Part shown: positions 12,221-25,900 of the stretch, in pieces
Position numbering within the stretch: position 1 is the stretch's first letter
Layout of the letters: the number at the start of each line of letters is the position of its first letter
Source: Podarcis erhardii
Lineage: Eukaryota
Length of the DNA stretch: 64,000 nt
Reading direction: 5' to 3' (one strand)
Assembly: GCA_964252035.1 (NCBI GenBank)
Contig: OZ176204.1
Notes under the pieces: model-generated
Told to the model about the DNA's origin: nothing
The model's database searches: none
Seen by the model: only the letters and a program-made list of their open reading frames with translations
Program-made: the position numbers and the translations under genes

Positions 12221-15200
12221 TGAGGACGCTGCAGATTGTTTTGGCCAGCCGAAATCTCCATTGGAAAAATTTATGGTCAGACTGTGCACGTACCATCAGA
12301 AGCACTTCGTCCGTGTCCTAAACGACATTTGCACTGAAGTACAGACAGGCTGTGAGGGACAGCAGTTACCAGGAGCAGAAAACATGGATGTGTCCACTTG
12401 TAGCTCTGGCTGCAGCCAGTATCGCACTGAGAACCAGGAGCTTGGAACTTCTTGCTCTGAATCAAAGCTCCCTTCTTCCCTGGACACAGAGCAATCAGGG
12501 TCTCATGGCTCTCTGCGCAAACTTTGCCATGCCCTGAAGCAGGCTGTAGATCTGAAATCTACAGATAGAAGGGAAAACTGCAGCCCAGTTGTCCGAAGAG
12601 ACTTCCCTGAGCTTCCTAGTGTTAGAACAAGTTCTGCAAGTCCCAGGGACAGTCCCTCTCAAGGATACCTCACTGCTTCCAATTCCCATCACTCTGCTAA
12701 AAGTCTGGAAGGCCAAGCCCTTGGTAGTGACCAAGAGATGGGGGGTAGGAAAGGTGAGGATGACAAAGACCAGGTGCAAAATAGAGCTTTGCTGGGAGGC
12801 TACAATGCTGTGAAAGCAACAAACATACACATGAGTGAAGACGGTCTGGTGGGCTCCCAGAAGAACACTTTTAAAGCTTTCCCAGAGGAAACACGAGAGC
12901 CAGGCTTCACCACCAACTCCCCTAGGAGAGCAGACAAAGAGAATGCCTTGCAGTGCAGCTCCAAAGCCTCTTTGCACTCGGATACTGAAATGAATGACCA
13001 AGAAGCAAGACTGAAGGCAGAGAACCACCTCCAGGCTTCAGGGAAAAGCAAGGGGAGCTATAACATGCAACCTGTTGACAAGACCCATGTGGAGAATGCC
13101 AAGGACGGCTGGCTATCCAATAGCCCTGTGCCAGTGGTTCACCACAAAACCACCAATGGACACTCCAGGACCAAGAGTAACTCATCCTCCACCAAAAGCA
13201 CACGTAAGAGCAAAAGGCCTTCAGGGTTGAGAATTAATGACTATGACAACCAATGCGATGTTGTTTATATCAGCCAGCCAATTACAGAGTGCCACTTTGA
13301 GAGCAAGAGGGTGGTCTCCTCTAGGAAGACGGCAAGGAAGAGCACTCGTGGATACTATTACAACGGTGAGTGCTGTGAGATTCCCACAGTTCGCACCCTG
13401 GCCAAGACTTCCCAGGTACAGGAGAGTGGGAACACTCTGGCACCAAGGCCTGAGGTGCTGACAAGCCCTAGCCAGGGAGCTTCTCTTCCGAATGATAGCT
13501 GCTTAGCAGCAGCCCAAGCCATGAGTGGCGATGGTGACAAAAGACCTGCTGTGGCCGTCCCTCAAGGAGATGCCTCCAACAACACTACTCAGGAGAGAGA
13601 TGAGATGTGTCCGGCTGAGAAGGCCGCTCCTGAGGTAAGTTTTGTGAAGGAGAGAGAAGACAGTTCTGCTGAAGCATCCACAATTGCTCTCTCCCCGCCA
13701 CCCGGCCTTGTTTTGCGTGTAGAGAAAGGCAGCCTGTCCAATTCTTCACTGCAGACCACGCTTGTCTCTCCCTGCCAACTGAGCAAAGGGGAGCCACAGG
13801 ATGAAATGGACATGGACACTGTGCAGAAGGCTGGCAATGGTACAGACTCTTGTAAGAGTAGCAGACCCAATGAAGACAGCGGCAACACAGGAGAATCTGT
13901 GGTGTTGTCTGCTTCAGAGGTTGCCAATGGTGAGGAAAGTGCCATGTTCTCAGAGACCGAGGCTATCCCCGAGCCTTCCATTCTTCCAAACCAGGTGCCT
14001 CCTGACAGCATGGCCCTTCAGCCCCCTGAAGACCTTTCCCCCGGAATGGACTTGATGCCTCCACTGGAGGAGCCTGCCCCTGTTGAACACTTGCCACCAT
14101 TTGTAGAACTACCTTCTGATGTGGAACCCCCACTTCTTTCCCCTATAGACCTGGCAGAACCTCCTGCCCTTGTCCATCTGGAGCCTTCCATAGCCTTCCC
14201 TGGAGAACTCCCTCCTATTCCAGAGCGTATGTGTCCAGGGGAACCTGTTGCCAGTTCAAGGGCAGTGTCTCCTGGCATTGTGGTTTCTGAGCCTCCTGCC
14301 CATATTGACCTAGAGGCTCCTTCAGGGGCTCCTTCTATAGAATCTCCAGTGGTAGGACCTGGCAAGTTAGATATGGAGCTCTCACAGCCACTTTCTGACT
14401 TGGATGCTGCAGAGCTCCCTGGCAGCTTGCAGGGTGCAGATGCACATGAAAGTATTAATACTCAAAATAGCATTGAAGGGATTCTGGACTCAGGTGGAAT
14501 CCACTCTGGGGAAAGTGAGACTGTGTTGCCTGTTGCAGATAATGATGAAGATTGGGGAGAGGGAACAGTAAAAGATACAAGTGAAACAAGCAAGGTGGGT
14601 GATGGAAAGGAACTTGATAGCGAAGCTCCAGCAGTGCCCCAAACATCAGAAGTGGACAACAAGGAGGGAGCTTCTTCCAAAACAAGCCCGGACAAAAAAC
14701 GAAAGCGGGAGAAAAAACCTCAGATTGTATCCGATCGCTGTCTTCGAAGCCAGCAATCCCTGTCATCTGCAGAGGATAGTCCTGAGCAATCAACTTCTTC
14801 CATGTCTCTACAGCTTCCTCAAGTTCAGAACAAGCTTTCTAAAAGCCCTGCTAAGCGTTTCAAGAGGGAGGTGCAACTTGACGGTGCAGCATCGCTGTGT
14901 TTCCCAAATGACGGGTTCCATGAAACATTGCTAAACAACATTGGGAATTCTTCTGAGCAGCAGCCAGGTGACAGAAATGACATCACAATGGGGCAGGCCT
15001 CTCAGACACTGTTAGCGAAAAAGACCATAGTCGAGGAAGACCAGAATGGAGAAGGAAACAAGGACAAGGCAGGGGCGATGCTTGAAATTGGCTTAGAGGG
15101 TGTTTCTGCTAAGAGAAGTGTTCGTGTCCCAGCAGAGACCTCTGATAAGGGTGAAAAGCAGTCAGATTTGACATCAGGCACTCCAGATAACTTTGACAGT

Positions 15201-16910
15201 ATGATGGAGGTTACAGAGGAGTTGCACACCCAGCATGGGCCCTGTTCTGTTAGCAGGAGTGAAAGCAAGCTTGTACCACCAGAGAGATCGGTAAAATCTA
15301 AGAAGCCAGCTCTCCAGTTCTACAACTTGAGGCACACCCCTGCCCCAACCCCTGTGGCCACTGCCTCGAAAAACACTTCTGGAAAAGAAACCGTACAAGG
15401 AGATTCTAATGCTGTGGCTATACAATCAGGCTCTAATGTCACAGACCAAGAAAATGCACAGAGTGAAGACACCGTTGGCTTCAGTAGCATGGAAGTGCTC
15501 TCTGACAACAAGCCCAGTTTTGTGGAATGGTGTGCTGAGGAAGAGAACCAAGAACTCATCACTAACTTCAACACTCAGTACATGAAGGTCCAGAAAGGGT
15601 GGATTCAGCTGGAGAAAGAGGCTCAGCCAGCTCCAAAGGTCAAGAATAAATCCGACAAACTGAAAGAGATCTGGAAAAGCAAGAAGAGGACCCGCAAATT
15701 AAAAGGGCCCACGGAAGGCCAGAAGCTCTCCCCGGTTCAGATGCTGTTCATGAAGGGGTTTGACATGTCCAACATCTGCAAGTGGTTTATGGAGACCACT
15801 GAAACCAAGTCTCTGGTCATTGTGAAGAAGATGAACACACGTCTCCCAGGGGACATCCCCCTCATCAAGCTTCCACTCCAGAAGGGCTGTTATTCCGGCA
15901 GCTACCCTAGCTCCCTTCAAGCTGAGCGCCTGAAGAAACACTTGAAGAAGTTTGCTGCTATGACCCCGGCCAAAAACACCATCAAGATTCAGAGGCTGTG
16001 GGCTAAGCTTCGAGAGGGCTCTGAGGACAAAGAGCCCGAGCAGGCTGCCAGTTCGAAGCAGACGCCTCCCTCCGAAGCAAGCGTGGAACACAAAGCCGAA
16101 GCCAAGAGCGCCCAGCCTCCCAGCACGCCTGTGCAAACCAGCTCTCGCATCCTGAGGAAGTACTCCAACTTGCGAGGCAAACTCAACGCCATACGCAAGG
16201 TGGCCAAGCAGGACAAGAACGATGGCGTGACCAAGCACCCCTCTACTGAAAGCAAGCCGAGCGGCAAGAGCCTGTGCATTAAGCCCCTGGTGTCTCCGAA
16301 ACTGGCCCAGCAGGTCCAAGCACCCCCACTTGCGACTAAGACAAGCCTGGTTGAAAGAGGAGGGAAGGGGCGAAAGGCGAAAGGCAAGGTACAGGAGGAC
16401 ACCTCATCCAAAGGCCACCTTCAGCAAACCAGGAAGAAGTCGCCGACCGAGAGCAGCAGGTCACAGAGGCTGTTGAGCACCTCGAGCAAAGAAAGGCTTC
16501 CTCTTAAGAAGGCCAGTAAACCGAAGCCTGCAGGGCCTCCTGCTACCAGGAAGCAGGCGGCTGCCGACAAGAGTCATAAGCCTGTGTCTGGGAACGAGAA
16601 GGCAAAGAAGCTGAATGACTTGCGACCTGGGAAAAGGAAGCCCCCCGTCCAGAAGGGGAAAGCCAAGGCCGGTCAAAAGGCAAGTCTGCCTTCCAGGCAA
16701 GAAGGGCTTGCTAAGCCTCCCAAGCAGAAAGTGGTGCACGACTCCAGCAGCCGACTTCCCAAAGTGGCTGCCCCAAAGGCAAGCAGTGGCAAAGCCTTGA
16801 CTAGGTCAATGAAGCGAATTCAGGAGAGCAGCAGAGCCCAGGGCAAGAGGAAGCTGAGGGCAAGCAAAGACTCTTCACCCAGCAAACGCAGGTGTCTGGA
16901 TGCAAAGTAA
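12221..16910 (+). CDS. LCOR: LCOR giant terminal coding exon (C10orf12 / PALI1 isoform); 5' part of the CDS lies in upstream exons outside the window
   Basis: Seen: 4.7-kb stop-free frame ending TAA at 16908-16910, preceded by branch-like CTGAT, a long pyrimidine tract and TAG (12219-12220); the exon starts in phase 2 (T GAG GAC). Known: motifs KSPLEKFMVRLC, SGLRINDYDNQCDVVYISQPITECHFE, EWCAEEENQELI, SPVQMLFM, SSLQAERLKKHLKKF and RILRKYSN match vertebrate PALI1. Tail-to-tail synteny with SLIT1 matches the human locus. Confidence 0.96.
15519..16200 (+). other. LCOR: Region encoding the PRC2-interacting (PIP) domain of PALI1
   Basis: Translation FVEWCAEEENQELI...KGWIQLEKE...DKLKEIWKSKKR...KWFMETTET...RILRKYSN is the most conserved block of PALI1 as recalled. 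Boundaries are approximate. Confidence 0.8.
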
Positions 16911-19900
16911 CCGGCTGGGGTTGGGGGTGGGTAGGAGGTGGGTCACGGAAATACTTCCTAATGCATTAAACAGATCCACTTCTGAACATTCTGGGGAGGG
17001 ATGCAAGTGTTTAGCCGAAGGCCACCCCCCGCTCTCAGATGATGAAGAGCCCCCTAGCTGTGTTGCAGCAGAAGGGGAAGCTATTATTCTCTGCCCTTGA
17101 GAAGGAAAGTTGCTGCTTCTGAAAGCTCCTGGAGTGGAACTAGGAGTTTGGCAGTTTCAGTTCGAAGTACAGTGCCTTATTTATCCTTTTAGGAACTGAA
17201 TAAATTAATCTGTGTGATTTAAAGGCTGGCAGTTTATAGTTAATGCACAAGCACTTGAACTGTAATGGAAAGAGAACCAGCTTTCATGCACATCCCATAG
17301 ACCTTGGCAGCCCACCTGCTGGGGTTCACACAGGAGCATTTTCTTCCTTTTGTGCATTGTAGCATCCTGGCACTGTTTAAGCCAAGCAGGGCATTATAAA
17401 GCCAAAACCCAAAGCATTTGCATCCTTTAATCCTGTCAGTCAGTCAGAATGGTGTGTGTTGTTGTTAAGGTATGAACAGTTGGACTATCTTGTGTAACTG
17501 GGGCTTGGCTGTAACGTAGCCTTGCTCTCGTGTCAAAAAGATGCTGATTCTGAAGCGTCAGTGATTGGCAGCCATGATCGGCCAACTTTGTACTTAGCCA
17601 AGAAAGGAACTGGACCGCTTGTTTGGATAGAGAGCCCTCCCCTATTAAGTACATGCACACTGCCTGCCACTTCTGACATGGTTGTTTACAGGCGGGCGCC
17701 TTCGGTCCTGTGTCCTAAAATGAAGCCTGGATGCATTTCAGAATGGTGGTATTCCTGTCCATTTTACTGTGAGGCCTGAACACCCCTGAAATATGGGTAC
17801 TTGAAAGCACATTTTAGCAGTGAAATAGACGGACAAAAAACCATTCCAAAGTGAAGCTTGCATGCATCTTGTGGGTCTGTACAAAGTAATGTTGGAAAGC
17901 GCCCATAGTCAGAGGTTCTTCTCTGCTGTAAACTTACATGATTTCTATGCAGTTGCTGCAAGTTCTTTTTTCATCTTTCCCTGTTTGCCGTATGTCAAAA
18001 AGATTTTAAAAATTATTGTTATTAAAATAAGAATGAGGCAATGCTGGCTGCAAACAAGGAAGCAACTAGAAATATCTGGTGCTTTTGCAAGTGTGGTTTG
18101 GTTCCAGCTTAAGAGTAAGGAAGCTTCTCTCCCCTTGCAAGGCCTCACCTTGCAAGTTTAATCAGTGCATTATGTAAAGGTCAAGAAGTATCTGTCTTCA
18201 GACAAGGTATTTCTACGAACACCTATTAGAAAGGCAAACAGTCCCCTTCTCAGTGCAAACATTTGTTTTGGATCTGACAGCATTTGGAAGCAGCCTTTTT
18301 CTCAGAGGAAACTCCCTGCCCCTTGTACTTTGTGCTACCCATCTGCTGGGTGACAGGCAGTGGTTGCTGCTACTCTGGGCTTGGAGAGAAAAGCAGCCTT
18401 TTATTTATTTCCATAGTTTTCCTTTAAATCACAACAAAGGCAGAGGTATTTGCTTAGAAACTTGTGCAAACTTCCTCTCGCTTGCTGTGCGTGGCACCCA
18501 GGAGCTTCCCGCGAAGGCCTTCGAATGGCTTGACCTTTCAGAATAGCTTTCCATGGATACCATCTGAGATCGACGTACTCAAACACATCTTTACACATTA
18601 TTATATTAACTGGCTGGAACCAGTCTTTCCAGTTGGTGAGGGATTTGTAGAATAAAAGGAAAGGCAAACTCTTTAGGGAGCAAGAACAAGGCTTAGGTGC
18701 AAGGAAATTGGTTTTATTTCGTTTTTTAAAGGAGGGAGGGTGCGTTAGCATTGGCACTCCTATACCAAAGCTCATTACTGCAGGCAGAACACAAATAACT
18801 AGCTGTATAATTTGTTCCATTGATCAAAGAGATTTGGGAGGCATCGCCTGGAACTGCAAAGCCCTCCTGCTCACCTGCTTACCCAAGTCTGTGTCTTGAG
18901 AGGGTGCACTAAAGCTATAAGACACATCAGGGTGGACTCTTTTTGTATGGATACTTTTGAATCATTGATTTTTAACTTCTGTCTTTTGATGTAAATCATG
19001 CTGTATAAAATGAATTGTTGTAAGCATTAAGTCAGGCCTAGCATTCTCTGTAAAGATTGATACGTATTTGTCTGATTGCTATTTGAACTGCACATATAAA
19101 ATGTGCTAGACATTCCACCAGGAGTATTAAAAGGTATTTAAGGAAGTGTGGTGAGTGAGCATGTATGTGTGAGTGAGAGAGAGGAAAGGGTGAGCATGTC
19201 AGGTTTTTCACCTCTACTTTTCTCCAACTTCAAACGCCTCCATCCAGAAAGGTGTAAAATCTTCCTGCTCCCTCAACCCAGGGCTGCTTCCTAACACAGT
19301 GCTGGGTGGCCGAGCACCTTGTGGTACTTTTGGCTACTGATTCTGATCCCGACACTGCTAATAAAATATTTCTACACCTTTCTGCTTTCCCATTTCTTGT
19401 GTGGTCTGTAACTTAAGAGAATCCCTTTGTAAGCCCTGTGTAGCATTTGAGAGCTTACCCAAGTTGCCCCTCCCCTCCCACCTTTTCTGCAAGGTTGCTT
19501 ATGAGAGGTTGGAATACAGTGACCAGGCCTTGCAGTGTTTTGGTGAGGTCCGGAGAGAGTTTGGTCCAGTGGTTGATTTATCCCAGGTTCTAGCACCAGT
19601 GGCTTCTGGCAAGGCAAGCCTTTGCCATGTAGACAATAGACTAGTGTAAGCTTGGGGGGGCGGGGGAGGAGAGAAGTGAGCCAAGTAGTTTAAAGCAATT
19701 TAGAGTTGTTGTTTTTTTAAAATAAATTCTGATGGTGATAGCTTAGTATGATTTATATTGAAGCAAAGCTACCTTCTGGTTGGGAGGCATTCTTCAGACT
19801 GTGCTCTGTGCATCAGTCCTTATGTCATGCAAGTGACACTATGTCACCAACATGCCAGGTTGATATGCTGTCCGCTAAGTAAGTTGCAAAGAGGCCATTT

Positions 19901-22900
19901 CCTCTCCCTTTGATGCCCTGCAACACACTTTTGTGGTAGGGAGAACTTGACTCTTAATTCTTCCAGTAGATATAACTTTGGAAACCAGCCTTCTTGGGTT
20001 GGGCTCCTCTCTTTGCAGGGGCTTAATTCCTGCGCACTGTTTCCCATCCGTCCACTTCTTCAGCATTTGTCTTTCTTTTTCTTTTTCTTTTTGCAAGGGG
20101 TGTGTGTCCTCTGTTGGTTTCTGCAGCAAAAATAGGTGCTCTTTCCAGATTTGATGGTTATCTGCAGTAGTACAGTTGCTATGGCCTGGTGATGTTATAA
20201 ACTTGGTATGAACCTGGTGCTGCTCTCTAGCAAAAGAATTGTGAGAGTAAGGAGAGAAGCCTGGGGTTGCGACTGTAATAGCCTTACTCAGTATAGTGAC
20301 AAGAAAGGCTTTTCAGTTCCTCTAACCGTGGCTCTGTTTCTGCTCCTCTCTACGTGCTTGGCAGGTTCTACTGCTTAAGCATCTTGGGCCCCATTGCCAA
20401 AATGGTCTACAGGCAGTGCTTTTTGTGGGGGTAAAAAATGAAGTTTCATGTCTTGATAAAAGTGGGGTAGGTGTCAGCACAAGATGGCTTCCACAGACAG
20501 CAAAAAAGAGGTGATACCAGTGAGTACTGTCACAAAATCCCTGCTCACAAGTATAGTCAAACTCGGGTGGTTTGCACATTCTTGTTTCCATGCTACCTGG
20601 GCATTCCTAGAAGAGAGTGGATGGCTTTGCTTATTGGATAAAACTAGCCTCCGTACTGTTTTCTTTCCATCAGATGCAATGGGCCATCATGAATCCTAGC
20701 CTCTCCTTTAGCACACACCATGTTTGAAAAGGGACCCTCTTCCCCCTGATGGTATGGTGGAGAATTCCCCATAACTTGCCCTGTTGCTCATCTCTTCATA
20801 TCTCATCTCTTTAAATCTGGCCCTTTGCCCTCCCTTCTTGCTGAGACAAACTAGACGTTCTTCACAAAAAGATCTTCCATAAGTTGTGCTTCCATTTTCT
20901 CACAACAGCCTTTTTCTTGGTCAAGTGTGCAGTGCTTTTCTTTCCCTGTGGTTGAGAGTATTACTACTTTCAGTAATTTTCAATGAAGGCTGTTATCTTG
21001 TACTTAAGGGAAAGCCCCAACTTCTGTGCACATTATCAATGATTGATGGTGCAGGGCACACAATGCTTAGAGAAACTTTTGTAGCAACTTTAGCTCTGGA
21101 CAGTTCCTTTGTCATAGCTTCTGGGTGGCTCCTGCAGGAATGCTATTTATGGCTCTTTCCTCCTGACATTATTACTGTCACTATGCATAGGGTTTAGAAT
21201 AATGATGATATCTCCCTTTTCCCATTCTATGTCTGGGGAATATTTAAGCTGCACAAAACTGTTACTGAGGCTTATCACTAATCATTTATTATTATTATTA
21301 TTATGAGCTGCAACATCCTGGCCAATTATTCCTATTCATCTTCTAAACCAGAAGCTGCTGAAAAGATCTTTTTCTCTCCAGAGTCATTTCCTTGTTCCAT
21401 TTGTAGCCTCATGTGATAAGGCAGCCTTTGCCAGCCTGCTGCCCACCAAATTTTTTGGACTGCAGCTCCTATCTGCCCTGGCCAAAACATCTAGATGACA
21501 CTAGCTTGGCAGAGGCTTTGATAAGACAGTCTTCTGCCTTTGTCCTCTTTAAAGGTGGTAGCCAGTACCTCGCTTCTCTTTTTGTTGCAGAAATCAGTGT
21601 TGGTACCACTCTTCCTCATCACCAGGAAGCACAGCAGAGCAATGGGGAATTAACTTGCGCCAAAGGGAAATGCCAAGTATTGGGCTGGATTCAACTATTG
21701 AGTCCCACTAGCAGGAGCCAGCACAAGGTCTTCTGTGAGCGCAACAGGGCTTTTAGCCCCTCTCCTCCCTGCCTCCCAAATTGGCTCGGGGCTGTGTGTC
21801 AGGGTAATTGACAGCAAGCGGAGGAGGGAGAAGGGCGATTGTTCCTTCTTGAAAACTGAAATGCTTGTGTTGACAGAATAATCTCCTTAGTGCTACGTTG
21901 AATTCCTCCACAAATTGAAAAGGGACTTCATTAAATCTGTGAGTGCTTCTGAAAAATGTTGCTATAAATATAACTCTCTTCACTCAGTTCCCACATGCCC
22001 ACCAAATAGAAACAAATATGCAGATAAGAGATATTTGATGATGCTATGCAATGGCCTACAAACCAGTGCCTCCCTAGTCTTTCACACATCCCACCTCTGT
22101 CCTTGCTTGGACTTCATCTGCCACTGCTCACTTCCCTGCTACATGCACACCTAATCTAGCTCTGCCTAGTTCTTGAATTTCATGGAATGGCGCTATCTGG
22201 GCGAGGTCCCCGTGTTCCTGAAAGGTCCCATATATGATCATAGGGGGTTTTGAGGGGTTAAACTGCCTCGGGCCACTTCATGCATGCTATTTTCCTGCAC
22301 AGAGATAATCTCCATGTGGCATCTTCCTGGCACAGATAATCTCAATGAAAAGACACTTGTATGTTCTTCCCTAAGCCTTCTTCTTGCTCTCCTGTTGTCA
22401 GTTAGTTTCTTTTGTATTTCCAAACCTCCCCCCCCCCCCCCACATTTATCTAGGTCACTGAAAAATTCCCTATCTAGTCTAAGATGAACTCAGGAGCTCT
22501 GGTTTGCAGGTAGAGGAGGCTCTGGCCTCTTCTTAAAAACCCTTCCCTCTTGAAGTGTCGCCCTAAGAATTGTTTCTCACAGAAATAGTGGAAATGAGTG
22601 GAGTCTGAATGGGTTTTGTTAACCGGTGTGTGACCTTTTACCTAAGAGGGTCTTTTTACACTGTAATGCTTATCAAAGGTTTTTTAAGGATCTGCTTTTT
22701 GTGTGTGACTTTAAAATGCAATGTGAATATATACATATATGTATATGTGTGTTTATATATAAATATATATAGTAGGTGCTGTGTTAACATAGCATCCAGC
22801 TAGCGGTTGTAATGCTTTCCTAGGTGCAGGGTAATTGCTGCCTTTTCTTCCTGGGTGGTCACAAAAACTAGAAGAATACTGTAAATAGTTTTAAAATATT

Positions 22901-25900
22901 TATTTCCTGTACTTTGTGCTAATAAGTCTTGGGTGTGCTGTTGGTTTGCAATGTACCGGTAGTATGGTTTTTTGGGTGGGTGGGGGGTTCCTACTGCAAA
23001 AATAATTGGACATTGGGGGGGGGGGAGAAGGACTGGCATCTGGTCTGGAGTTTATGCTGCAAAATCAAGGACTTAGTTCCCACTGAAGTTGCATTTGGGC
23101 TATACCCAGAATAGACAAATGAATATTAATGACACTTACATAATTGAATACTCCATATTTAAAAGCCCTTTCACATAGAAAGCAAGCTATTGGGGCGAAT
23201 TGTTTTAGCCTATCCTCCCCGATATGCTAGCTTTTGCATGTGGGAGAATGTTTTCATATGATAGAGTGTTCAATCATGTGAGCTCTCGCCTGCAATCTGA
23301 AGTGAAACAGCCCAAGCCCTGGCTTATGACATTACTTAGAACTGGGCCTAAACCAAGTAAAAGCATTACATGGGTTATCTAAAATCTCATTTTCTGTGGA
23401 AGCGAGTCAAAGTACAGTTCTGGGCAGCCCGCTTTGTCACGTGCATCTTTGGGGACAGTACATGTGAGCAATAAGAATTTTTAGTAATAATGTTTTCAGT
23501 GACAAATTAATGTTTAAGTCCTTATGGGGATATTTGTGTAAATGTGTGTGCACATCTCATTGAAGACTGCCCTTCTTCATTGGCCTTGCCACATAGAGAA
23601 AGAGACATATTTTGCTTCAACATCTCTGCATGCTTATTCACCTGGGCAGGTGGACTCAGGGATACTGAATTAAGGGGAGCTCTTGCTGGGGATAGGATGG
23701 AAGAAATGCCAGTGGCATACATGGAGGAAGTGATGGTGCCCTCTAAGCATCATTTATAGCTGACTCTTGTAATCTAACCAGCACGTCTTGTGTTGTGTGT
23801 TTGATGTTTCCTGTGCTCATTGCCCCTCTTCTTTTTTAGATTAAGCCAATCATTCATCACTTCCCATGTTTCCAGCTGCTGTGAAGAGTCCAGGGCCCCA
23901 TTTTTTACTCTCTCTCTCCCTGAATTTATTTTGTTTTATTACTTTGGACCATTAACTATTTCTATGCTCTCTGCTCCCTCCTGTGTTGTATTAGTCTTAT
24001 TTTGAATGTCTCTTTTGTGATTATCTCATACTTTTAAAAGTTAGGCTTGTGCGGAAGTTCCTAAGGGTTTGTTTCTTGTTTGTCTTGGCCATTCAGAATT
24101 CCCACCCATCACCCCTCTCTTCTTTCTATGGAAAACATGGCAATGCAGCTTCCTAATGGAGCTCCAGAAAACTTGTTGCTTTGCTTGCACCCTCCTTCTG
24201 CCATCTGAAAAGCTTCAGCCCTGCCTATATCCATTGTAAAAGTCCTCAATTCTCAGATGAAGTTGTTAAACGAGGTGGGGGGAGGGGTAGACTTGCAACC
24301 TTTCCACAAGGGCATTCTTGAAGTTTAGGATAACCTCCTGCCCAGTTGAATGAACCTCTATCAGTGTGTTGCACAGCACTCAACAAGACTGCGGTTGTGT
24401 TCTGCACTTCCTGTGTTGATTTATAGTCAGTTCATTCTTCACTCTGTGTTGCACAGGTATTTTTACTTGCTGTGTCCAAGAGACTCCAATCTTCCCCATT
24501 CTGATGAACCAAATGTGTGTGTTGGGGGGGGGGTCTATTCTATTCCCCTTCCCTCAGGTCTGGTACTGTGCACATCACCCAAACCCAGTGTGTGATCATG
24601 AGTTGGGTATTTGAAGGCTTAAGTTGGAGCCTCATTCCCTTCAGGGCCCTGGGAAATGCTGTGACTTTAGAAGAAGAGCGTGTCTGCTGTGAATTGTTGG
24701 TAAAATGTGTCATTAGGTAATATTTATATACCTCACCTGAGTAACATTTGAAAATGTATATAAAAATAAAGGTTCTTTTCAGTGGCTTCCTACCCGTTTG
24801 ACACACCTACAACACTTAGGGCTACTTTACCATGGAAATTGTATTGAATCTTTGCCATTACTTTTGTGACAGCTCCATGATTTTTCTGTGTGCTTTATTA
24901 ACTCACCAGTGGAAGAGAACGCATTCTTGTTACAGACTGTGGGGCTGCAGGAGAGGCTTAGACCTCTGCCTCTTTCCATGTTTCTTCTTCCTCTTTATGC
25001 ATTGTGTATGTACTCTGCGTGCCCTAAGGAGTCTTACTTTATTGCCACTTATTAAACATTTCTTTTATATCAGTATTGGTGTGGTGTGATATAGTTTGAT
25101 GTGCAAAGACGAGACATGTTGATGAGCCATCTCAATTGCTGCTTTTGGAGGTTATCAAGACATATACACAATTGTGAAGGATGTCACCAAACAATGAACT
25201 GTTGGAAGATGGAAAGATTGCCTTGTTAGCTACCACTCCCATGTGGGTGTTGTCTTTGACCTGGTCTACAGCAGGCTGGCTCTCCAAAAGAAACTAGAAT
25301 GTTTGGGTAGGAAATTCAGAGCCTGGTCATTGCCCTAGCTTCAGCAGAGGTAGGCACTGCACTGTTTTTGACACCAGTCTTCCTCTCCTAGTTGATCCAT
25401 TTCTCTGTGCTTGGCTCTTCGTGCTTAGGCTGGGTTTGATACTACATTGTTGGCACTATTGCCAGCCAGGTGTGGTTGCACCTACCTAATTGCCACACAC
25501 TGGCTATACAAGAGCAAAGGTGTAGCTCAATGTGTCTCACTTCTCCTGAGCAAGCTACTACCCAGCCTCTCATTTGTGAGGTACGGGAGAATTTGGATAA
25601 AATCAGTTGGTGGCAGCAGCACCTAGAAGCTCAAGTACAAGTCTGAAACAGGCCCAGCTACCTCAGAAACAGAATACCAATCCTATGTCAGTGCCACACT
25701 TCCTCTTACATGCCTAAGGTCCAAGGGTTGTTTAAGCCTGTCAGAAGTGGGGCTTTTAAAACCCAATCCTAATTTTTGCAAGTTAGTGGTTTGTTTTATG
25801 TCCAAGTGCTGCTTAAGGAGCAAAATTTGGTGTGTTTAAGCTGTGGACCAAGTACTTTCCTAGAGTACAGAACTGAAGGAGATGACTGCCCCCTTCTCAA

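Noticed and set aside
12495-16739. Long antisense and alternative-frame ORFs over the LCOR exon (for example 15699-16319, 206 aa; 12495-13028, 177 aa)
   Set aside because: No recognisable domain or splice signals; expected shadows of a long GC-rich coding exon.
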